A stretch of 58,276 nucleotides of DNA, filler included, from Callorhinchus milii (Eukaryota): the NCBI RefSeq assembly GCF_018977255.1. It is 2 parts of 2 records of this genome, joined end to end, with 100 filler letters (N's around TTAATTAATTAA, not from the genome) between each part and the next. Parts side by side here need not be neighbours in the genome. Positions count along the whole stretch, not along the records: positions 29,196 to 58,276 come from NW_024705658.1; 1 more part is not named here. One strand, 5' to 3'. Positions 49,001 to 58,276 of this stretch are shown here, in pieces; the stretch's first letter is position 1; each line of letters begins with the position of its first letter. Under the pieces are notes generated by a model. It was given only the letters and a program-made list of their open reading frames with translations, did no database searches and was not told the origin of the DNA. The position numbers and the translations under genes were made by a program.

Positions 49001-52000
49001 GGTGTTTGCGCATGGCGGTGTTTGCGCACGGCGGTGTTGCGCATGGCGGTGTTTGCGCACGGCGGTGTTTGCGCACGGCGGTATTTGCGCACCGAGGTGT
49101 TTGTGCAGGGCCGTGTTTGCGCAGGGCGGTGTTTGCGCAGGGCAGTGTTTGCGCAAAGGTGTGTTTGCTCACGGTGTGTTTGCGCAGGGCATTGTTTGCG
49201 CAAGGCTGTGTTTGCGCAAGGTTGTGTTTGCGCAAGGTTGTGTTTGCGCATAGGTGTGTTTGCGCCAGGCAGTGTTTGCGCCAGGCAGTGTTTGCGCCAG
49301 GCAGTGTTTGCGCAAGGCAGTGTTTGCGCCAGGCAGTGTTTGCGCCATGTTGTGTTTGCGCAAGGCTTTGTTTGTGCAAGGCTTTGTTTGCGCAAGGCAG
49401 TGTTTGCGCAAGGCATTGATTGCGCAAGGCAGTGTTTGAGCAAGGCAGTGTTTGAGCAAGGCAGTGTTTGCGCACGGCTGTGTTTGCGCACGGCTGTGTT
49501 TGCGCACGGCTGTTTGCGCAAGGATGTGTTTGCGCAAGGCTGTGTTTGCGCAAGGCTTTGTTTGTGCACGCTGTTTTTTTGCACGGTGTGTTTGCGCAAG
49601 GCAGTTTTTGCGCAAGGCCGTGTCTGCGCAAGGCCGTGTTTGCGCACGGCGGTGTTTGCGCACAGCGCTGTTTGCGCACGGCGGTGTTATCACACGGCGG
49701 TGTTTGCGCACGGCGGTGTTTGCGCACGGAGTGTTTGCGCAAAGGTGTGTTTGCGCAGGGCATTGTTTGCGCAAAGGTGTGTTTGCGCAAGGCAGTTTTT
49801 GCCCAAAGGTATGTCTGCGCAAGGCTGTATTTGCGCCATGCTGTGTTTGCGCCAGGCAGTGTTTGCGCCAGGCAGTGTTTGCGCCAGGCAGTGTTTGCGC
49901 CAGGCAGTGTTTGCGCAAGGTTGTGTTTGCGCAAGGTTGTGTTTGCGAAAAGTTGTCTTTGCGCAGGCATTGTTTGCGCAAGTGTGTTTGCGCAAGGCTT
50001 TGTTTGTGCACGGCGGTGTTTGCGCACGCAGTGTTTGCGCACGGGTGTTTGCGCACGGCTGTGTTTGCGCACGGCGGTGTTTGCGCACGGCGGTGTTTGT
50101 GCACTGTGGTGTTTGCGCACGGCGGTGTTTGCGCACGGTGGTGTTTGCGCACGGCGGTATTTGCGCACGGCGTTGTTTGCGCACGGCGTTGTTTGCGCAC
50201 GGCGGTGTTTGCGCACGGCGGTGTTTGCGCATGGCAGTGGTTTGCGCAAAGGTGTGTTTGTTCAAGGTTGTGTTTGCTCACGGAGTGTTTGCTCAAGGTG
50301 TGTTTGCGCAAGGCTGTGTTTGCGCCAGGCTGTTTTTGTGCCAGGCTGTGTTTCCGCAAGGCTGTGTTTGCGCAGGCTGTGTTTGCGCAAGGCTGTGTTT
50401 GCGCAAGGTTGTGTTTGCGCAAGGTTGTGTTTGCGCAAGGCTGTGTTTGCGCAAGGCTGTGTTTGCGCAAGGCTGTGTTTGCGCAAGGCTGTGTTTGCGC
50501 AAGGCTGTGTTTGCGCAAGATGGTGTTTGCGCAAGATTGTGTTTGCGCAAGATTGTGTTTGCGCAAGGGATTGTTTGCGCAAGGGATTGTTTGCGCACGG
50601 CGGTGTTTGCGCACGGCGGTGTTTGCGCACGGCGGTGTTTGCGCACGGCGGTGTTTGCGCACGGCGGTGTTTGCGCACGGCGGTGTTTGCGCATGGCGGT
50701 GTTTGCGCACGGCGGTGTTTGCGCATGGCGGTGTTTGCGCACGGCGGTGTTTGCGCACGGCGGTATTTGCGCACCGAGGTGTTTGCGCAGGGCCGTGTTT
50801 GCGCAGGGCAGTGTTTGCACAAAGGTGTGTTTGCTCAAGGTTGTGTTTGCTCACGGTGTGTTTGCGCAAAGGTGTGTTTGCGCAGGGATTGTTTGCGCAA
50901 GGCTGTGTTTGCGCAAGGTTGTGTTTGCGCAAGGTTGTGTTTGCGCATAGGTGTGTTTGCGCCAGGCAGTGTTTGCGCCAGGCAGTGTTTGCGCCAGGCA
51001 GTGTTTGCGCCAGGCAGTGTTTGCGCCAGGCAGTGTTTGCGCAATGTTGTGTTTGCGCAAGGCTTTGTTTGTGCAATGCTGTGTTTGTGCAATGCTGTGT
51101 TTGTGCACGCTGTTTTTTTGCACGGTGTGTTTGCGCAAGGCAGTGTTTGCGCAAGGCAGTGATTGCGCAAGGCAGTCTTTGAGCAAGGCAGTGTTTGCGC
51201 ACGGCTGTGTTTGCGCACAGCTGTGTTTGCGCACGGCTGTTTGCGCAAGGATGTGTTTGCGCAAGGCTGTGTTTGCGCAAGGCTTTGTTTGCGCAAGGCT
51301 TGTTTGTGCACGCTGTTTTTTTGCACGGTGTGTTTGCGCAAGGCAGTGTTTGCGCAAGGCCGTGTCTGCGCAAGGCCGTGTTTGCGCACGGCGGTGTTTG
51401 CGCACGGCGGTGTTTGCGCACGGCTGTGTTATCGCACGGCGGTGTTTGCGCACGGCGGTGTTTGCGCACGGAGTGTTTGCGCAAAGGTGTGTTTGCGCAG
51501 GGCATTGTTTGCGCAAAGGTGTGTTTGCGCAAGGCTTTGTTTGTGCAATGCTGTGTTTGTGCACGCTGTTTTTTTGCACGGTGTGTTTGCACAAGGCAGT
51601 GTTTGAGCAATGGTGTGTTTGCAGAAGTCAGTGTTTGCGCAAGGCTGTGTTTGAGCAATGGAGTGTTTGCGCAAGGTTGTGTTTGCCCAAGAGATTGTTT
51701 GCGCAAGGGATTGTTTGCAAAGGCATTGTTTGCGCAAGGGATTGTTTGCGCAAGGGATTGTTTGCGCAAGGCAGTGTTTGCGCAAGGCAGTGTTTGCGCA
51801 CGGCAGCGTTTGCGCAAGGCAGCGTTTGCGCAAGGCAGTATTTGCGCACGGCTGTGTTTGCGCACGGCTGTGTTTGCGCACGGCTGTGTTTGCGCAAGGT
51901 TGTGTTTTTCTCAAGGTTGTGTTTGCGCCAGGCAGTGTTAGCTCAAGGCCGTGTTTGTGCAAGGAGTTTTTGCGCAAAGTTGTGTTTGTGCACGGTGTGT

Positions 52001-52157
52001 TTCCGCAGGGCATTGTTTGCGCAGTGCATTGTTTGCACAGGGTATTGTTTGCGCAAGGCAGTGTTTGCACAAGGCAGTGTTTGCGTAAGGCAGTGTTTGC
52101 ACACGGCTGTGTTTGCGCAAGGCATTGTTTGCGCAGGGCATTGTTTGCGCAGGGCAT

Positions 52158-52373
52158 AATCCCTCAAAAAAAACCAAAAAACAATAATAAAAAAAAAATT
52201 GGTCATTTTCAATCTACGACTGTTTGTGGGACATTGCTGTGCGCAATTGGCTTCCGCGTTCACCCACAAATATACAGTCAATTCACTTTACAGTGTGTTC
52301 TGTGAAGCGCTTTGGGACGTCCTCCCGATGTGAAAAGCGCTATATCAAATGCAAGGATTATTATTATTATTAT
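52158..52373 (+). mobile_element. Same SINE fragment, copy 4 (more diverged)
   Basis: Same 5' junction, with several substitutions (cttccgcg, cagtgtg, cccgatgtg, tatatc). Confidence 0.75.
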
Positions 52374-53960
52374 TGTTTGCGCAAGGCATTGTTTGCGCAA
52401 GGCAGTGTTTGAGCAAGGCAGTGTTTGCGCACGGCTGTGTTTGCGCACGGCTGTGTTTGCGCACGGCTGTTTGCGCAAGGCTGTGTTTGTGCAAGGCTGT
52501 GTTTGCGCAAGGCTGTGTTTGCGCACGGCAGTGTTTGCGCACGGCGTGTTTGCGCACGGCGGTCTTTGCACACGGCGGTCTTTGCGCACGGCGGTGTTTG
52601 CGCACGGCGGTGTTTGCGCACGGCGGTGTTTGCGCAGGGTGGTGTTTGCACACGGCAGTGTTTGCGCAAAAGTGTGTTTGCTCAAGGTTGTGTTTGCGCA
52701 CGGAGTATTTGCGCAAATGTGTGTTTGCGCAGGGCATTGTTTGCGCAAAGGTGTGTTTGCGTAAGGCAGTGTTTGCGCAAAGGTGTGTTTGCGCAAGGCT
52801 GTGTTTGCGCCAGGCAGTGTTTGCGCCAGGCAGTGTTTGCGCTAGGCAGTGTTTGCGCAAGGTTGTGTTTGCGAAAAGTTGTCTTTGCGCACGGCTGTGT
52901 TTGCGTATGGCTGTTTGCGCAAGGCTGTGTTTGCGCACGGCAGTATTTGCGCACGGCGTGTTTGCGCACGGTGGTCTTTGCACACGGCGGTGTTTGCGCA
53001 CGGCGGTGTTTGCGCAGGGTGGTGTTTGCGCACGGCAGTGTTTGCGCAAAAATGTGTTTGCTCAAGGTTGTGTTTGCGCACGGAATATTTGCGCAAAGGT
53101 GTGTTTGCGCAGGGCATTGTTTGCGCAAAGGTGTGTTTGCGTAAGGCAGTGTTTGCGCAAAGGTGTGTTTGCGCAAGGCTGTGTTTGCGCAAGGCTGTGT
53201 TTGCGCTAGGCAGTGTTTGCGCCAGGCAGTGTTTGCGCTAGGCAGTGTTTGCGCAAGGTTGTGTTTGCGCCTGACATTGTTTGCACAGGGTATTGTTTGC
53301 GCAAAGGTTTGTTTGCGCAAAGGTGTGTTTGCACAAGGCTGTGTTTGCGCAAGGCTGTGTTTGCGCCAGGCAATGTTTGCACAGGGTATTGTTTGCGCAT
53401 GGCAGTGTTTGGCGCACGGCAGTGTTTGCGCACGGCAGTGTTTGCGCACGGCAGTGTTTGCGCACGGCAGTGTTTGCGCACGGCTGTGTTTGCGCAAGGC
53501 AGTGTTTGCGCACGGCTGTGTTTGCGCACGGCTGTGTTTGCGCACGGCTGTGTTTGCGCACGGCTGCGTTTGCGCACGGTAGTGTTTGCATACGGCAGTG
53601 TTTGCGCACTGCAGTGTTTGCTCAAGGTTGTGTTTTACTCAAGGTTGTGTTAGCTCAAGGCAGTGTTAGCTCAAGGCCGTGTTTGTGCACGGAGTGTTTG
53701 CGCAAAAGTGTGTTTGTGCACGGTGTGTTTGCGCAGGGCATTGTTTGCGCAGGGCATTGTTTACGCAGGGCATTGTTTGCGCAGGGCATTGTTTGCGCAG
53801 GCATTGTTTGCGCAGGGCATTGTTTGCACAGGGTATTGTTTGCGCAAGGCAGTGTTTCCGCAAGGCAGTGTTTCCGCAAGGCAGTATTTCCGCACGGCTG
53901 TGTTTGCGCATGGCTCTGTTTGCGCACGGCTCTGTTTGCGCACGGCTGTGTTTGCTCACT

Positions 53961-56435
53961 CTCTTGTGCGCACCGTCGCATGCAAAAATTTCACGTGCAC
54001 ACTCTCACGCAATTACTCTCATTTGTGCATTCTCTCTCTCGCGGGCACATTCTCTTACGTGCATACTCTCGCGCAGTCTCTCCTCGGTGCACAATATTTC
54101 TCTCTTCGGTGCACAACTTGTCATGCGTAATTTCTCATGTACACACTCTTACGCAAACATTTTCCTTCACGCACACTCTCGTGCCCAGTCTTTTTCTGTT
54201 CGGCGTACACACTCTCGAGCTCACGTTCTCTTGCATGCACTCTGTCCTGCGGGCACTCTTGCACGCATACTCCCTCGCATGCACACTCTCACACAGTCTC
54301 TGTTCAGCGCATGTACACATTCTCACACAGTCTCGCTATCGCGAGCACGCTCTCAGGAATACTCTCATGCATTCTCTTGCAAACACTCTCTCGTGCGCAC
54401 ACTCTTTCTCCCGCACAATCTCTTGCGCAGTCTTTCTCTCTCCGGTGTACACACTCTCGAGCTCAGATTCTCTTAAGTGCATTTTATCTTGCGCGCACTC
54501 CCTGCGCAAACCTTCTCCTGCATGCACACTCTCTAAAATGCGCACAGTCTCTCTCGTAAACACCCGTGCACACACTCTCTCACACACACACTATCCCGCG
54601 AAGTATCTCTCTTGCCCGCGCTCTCTTTTGAGCACTTTATCTCGCTCACAATCTCTTGTGGGAAAACTCTCTCGCTTGTACACTCTCTCGCGTGCAATCT
54701 CTCTTGCACACTCATGCAGTCTCTCTTTTTGGCGCACACACTGCACGTGCAATCTCCCTTGCACACTCTCGCGTAAATGTACTCCCACGCGCTCATAACC
54801 TCGGATGCACTCTCTCATGCACTCTTTCTCACTTTGGCACACACTCCCTCATGCGCACATAGTCGCGCAGTTTCTCCCTCTCGCGCACTCTTTCTCCTGA
54901 ACACTCTCTCTCGCTCACATTCTCTCGTGTGCTCCCGCATTCTCTCACACGTGCGCACTGTCGTGCAATCTCTCTCTCTCTCATGCACAAGTTCTATCGC
55001 ATTCACGGTATCGCTCGCAATCTCTCGCGCGCACACTCTCTCGCGCAGTGTCCCTCTCTCCGGCACTCTCTCTCGCATTCCCTCTCGCGAACCCTCTCTC
55101 ACGCGCACACTCTCTCGCGCACACTCTCTCGCACGCACTCGTGCAGTCTATCTCGCTTCATTAGAAACTCTCTATCATGCACACTCACAAGGAAGCCCTC
55201 TCTCGCTTCCGCATTCTCTCTCCGCGCACACTCGCTCGCGGGCACACTCTCGAACACTATCTCACGCAATCTCTCGCGTGAACACTCCCTCATGCACACA
55301 CCCTTTTGCACGCGCATTTTCACGCAGTCTTTCTCTCTTGGCGCACATTCTTTCAAGCTCACACTCGCATGTATACACTCTGGCGTACAATTTCTCGTGC
55401 ACACTCTCTCTCAAGAGTAATCTCTTTGCACAGAAAGCATCTCACTCCCACTCTGTATCGTGCACAAGAGTGCTTACACATGATTACTCTCGCGTGCAAA
55501 ATCTCTCACACTCTTCCACGGATACTCACACACACTGTCTCTCTCTATCGCGTGCGCACTCTCGAGCAGCCTCTCTCTCGCATGCAAACTTTTGTGCTCT
55601 CTCGCTCGCACTTTCTCGCACGTGCAATCTCTCTCTTGCACTCAGTCTCTCTCTTGTACTCTCTCGCCCTCACATTCCTTTCTCGCGCGTGTACCTTTGT
55701 GCCCAATCTCTCTCACGCATAGTCTCTCTCGTGCATGATGTCTCTTGCTTGCACTCTCTTGCTTGCACTCTCTTTCTCGCGTGCTCTCTCTCTCACGTGT
55801 ACTCTCTCACACAGGAATTCTCTCTCGCGCGCAATCTCTCTCACATGTATACTCTCGCGCGCACTCTATTTCATCCCTTCTCTCTCATGCGCACTATCAC
55901 TCGCGCCCCACTCTGTCTCAAGCGAAAACTCTCACACGCAGAATCTCTTTTCGGTTTTAATCTCTCTGGTACGTACACTCTCACACGCAGTCTCTTTCGT
56001 GTATGCACTCTCAGGTGTACACTCTCGTGAACACTTTATCGCTCGCACAATCTCGCATGCACACTCTCTCATGCAGTCTTTTGCTCTTTGGCGTACAATC
56101 CTCGAACTTGTACAATACACTGCTCATACACGTGAAATCTCTTTGCACTCACAGTCTCTCTCTTCGGTGCACACTCTCATGCGCACATTCTTGCACAGTC
56201 TCACGCGCACTTTCACAAACTCTCGCGCAGATATTCTCTCACATGTACATTCTAGCACAGGCTATCTAATGCGTACACTGTCTCTTACACACAATCTCGT
56301 GCACACTCTCTCATGCAAACATTCCCAAGCGCGTACTCTCTCGCATGCTCGCATTCTCGTGCAGTCTCTCTCCCTTCAGGCAGATTCACTTGAACACACA
56401 TTCTCGAGCAGTCTCTCATGGGTGCGCATTCTCTC
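53961..56435 (+). repeat. Degenerate CT/CA-rich satellite (GCACACTCTCTCGC-like units)
   Basis: Repeated gcacactctctc, gcaatctctc and gcagtctctc motifs. Confidence 0.85.
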
Positions 56436-58276
56436 TGTGCGAGAGTCTGTGTGCGAGAGTGTATACACGTGAGTGTGTGTGCGAGTGAGAGTGCACATTA
56501 GAGAGTGCGTGTGTGAGCGAGAGAGAGTGCAAAGGAGAGCGACTACGCATGAGGTACAGTGCATGCGATAGAGAGTGCACGCAAGATAGTGTGCGTGAAA
56601 AAACGTACGTGAGAGTGTGCACAAGTGATTGTGCATGCGACAGATGGTACGCAGAAGTGAGAGAGACTTTGAGAGAGTGTGTTGCCAGAGTGTGTGTGTG
56701 TGTGTTTGAGTTTTCGCATCAGAGAGTGTGTGTGAATGAGACTGTGTGTGCGAGAGATGGCGCGCGAGAAAGAGTGTGTGCGAGAGAATGTGAGCCAAAG
56801 AGAGAGAGACTACCCTATGTGTGTGCATGGGAGAGAGTGCGCACGAGAGTGCAAGAAAGAGAGTGTGTGAGAGAGAGATTGCGCGAGAGTATGTGCGCAT
56901 GGAATGTATGCCAAAAAGCGAGACTGCGCAAGAGTTGTGTGTGCGAGAGAATGTCTGTGAAAGAGTGCGCACAAGAGAGTGCCCAACAAGAGTGTGTGAG
57001 AGAGCGTGTGAGCCAAACACAGTGTATGCGATAGATCTGTGCGCGAATTGTGCAAACAAGAGAGAATGTGTGCCAAAGAGAGAGACTGCGTGAGAGCGTG
57101 TGTATCAAGGGAGAGAATGCATGAGTTTGAAAGAGACTGCGCACAAGAGAGAGTGTGAGCAAGAGATAGTACACGTGATTGTGCAAGTGAAATACAGTGC
57201 ATGCGAGAGCAGGTGCGAAGTAGAGTGTGCAAGCAAGAGAGTGCGCGCAAGATAGTGTGCACCCAAGTGTGCGAGCGAGACTGCCCGCGCAAGGGTTTGC
57301 CTGCGAGAAAGTGTGCGCAGAAGAGAGAGAAACTGCGAGAGTGTGTGTTTTCGCATGAGAGAGTATGTGCGAAAAAGAGAGTATGTGTGTGAGAGAGTGT
57401 GCGCACAATAGAACGCGAGAGAGTGTGTGTTCGAGAGAATGTGAGCAGAAGAGAAGACTGCCGAGAGTTTGCGTGCAAGAAAGTGTGCTTTCGGGAGAGT
57501 CCTCGTGAGAGAGTGCGTGTGAGAGAGTGCAAGTAAGAGTGTCGGCAGAGAGAGTATGCGCCAGAGACAGAGAAGACCACCCTTATGTGCTGTGCGCGAG
57601 AGATTGAGCGTGAGTGTGCAAGAGAAGCTGAGAGTATGTGCATGAAGAGAGTGTGTAACAAAGAGAGATACTGCATGAGAGTTGCGTGTGCGAAAGAGAG
57701 TTCACGTGAGAGTGCGAGTTAGAGAGCGCACTCGAAGTGCACACAAGAGAATGTTTGCCAAAGACATAGAGGCTGCCCTATGTGTGTGTGCCAGAGAATG
57801 TGCGTACGTGAATTTTCGCATGAGAGATTGCGTGCCAAAGAGAAGTGTGTGAGCGAGAGAGAGTGTGCACGGTAGAGCGTGAGAGAGTGTGTGCGAGAGA
57901 ATGTGTGTCAAAGAGAGAGGCTGCATGAGAGAGTGTGCATGCAAGAGAATGTACATGCAAGAAAGAGAATGCAGGAGAGAATGTGCAAGAGAAAGTGTGC
58001 AAGAGAGAGTGCGCGCGAAAGAGAGTGAGTGTGAGAGAGATTGTGCAAGAGAGAGTGCACGTGAGAGTGTGAGAGAGAGTGTGCACCAGAGAGACTCTTG
58101 TATGTGCGAGAGTTTGTGCCAAAGAGAGAGACAGCACGCGAGTACGCATGCGAGAGTGCGCGCGAGAGAGTGAATGTGAGAGAAAGACGTGTGCATGAGA
58201 ATGTGAACCGAAGAGAGAGAAATTGCACAAGAGTTCGCGAGTAGGAGAGTGTGAGCATGAGAGAGTCTGCGTGAAA
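56436..58276 (-). repeat. Same degenerate satellite in the opposite orientation (GA/GT-rich on +)
   Basis: gagagagtgtgc and gagaatgtgtgccaaagagagagactgc are reverse complements of the left-arm motifs. Confidence 0.85.

Larger units (their letters stand above)
29196..53960 (+). repeat. 16-bp satellite, consensus GTGTTTGCGCA(A/C)GGC(A/T/G), ~24.7 kb (on the order of 1500 units), with higher-order repeats
   Basis: Continuous head-to-tail units with an invariant TTTGCGC core. Variant blocks recur at ~0.7, ~1.2-1.3 and ~4-4.5 kb spacing. Confidence 0.98.

Noticed and set aside
29196..53960. CRISPR-like array
   Set aside because: The units are contiguous 16-mers with no unique spacers, there are no cas genes, and the context is eukaryotic.
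22428..53960. Idea that the ZF proteins bind the adjacent satellite because they are neighbours
   Set aside because: The adjacency is created by the artificial linker, and I derived no recognition-code match.
29140..53981. Dozens of long Cys/Ala/Arg-rich ORFs (up to 1192 aa) on both strands
   Set aside because: These are translations of a stop-poor 16-bp satellite. They are open in all frames at once and cycle through the same peptides.
53961..58276. Ser/Leu/His/Thr-rich and Arg/Glu-rich ORFs
   Set aside because: Low-complexity CT/GA satellite translations.

Overview
Eukaryotic, repeat-rich DNA that looks like a vertebrate or other deuterostome. The signs are TGEKP-linked C2H2 fingers, a DeuSINE-like tail, a Penelope-type hammerhead and an animal-type 18S relic. 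A jawless fish such as lamprey is my guess, not a determination. An artificial 100-bp joiner (44N-TTAATTAATTAA-44N, 29096-29195) splits the window into two pieces that may not be adjacent in the genome. The left piece holds four things. (i) A ~3.8-kb segmental duplication (1-3810 and 10206-13780); each copy carries an intact 4-exon gene model for an 88-aa protein, missed by the ORF track, with two W-[AG]-[DE]-I-[LM]-acidic motifs and a CRE/E-box promoter. (ii) A Penelope-like terminal repeat with a minimal hammerhead ribozyme. (iii) A ~4.5-kb block that looks like random or synthetic sequence, plus a TTAA-flanked MITE and an 18S rRNA relic. (iv) A ~5.9-kb tandem unit that pairs a short C2H2 zinc-finger gene, variable at its DNA-contact residues, head-to-head with a 5'-truncated Helitron. 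That Helitron keeps an intronless PIF1 helicase, intact in one copy and started by a host-derived ATG, and a perfect hairpin+CTAG 3' end; the empty A|T target site is visible in paralogous repeats. From memory the helicase strongly resembles oomycete (Phytophthora-type) Helitron helicases, which suggests cross-kingdom transfer and possible co-option. The right piece is ~25 kb of a 16-bp satellite with higher-order repeats marked by an amplified SINE fragment, followed by a CT/GA-rich satellite with a strand inversion. The long ORFs over the satellites are artefacts.
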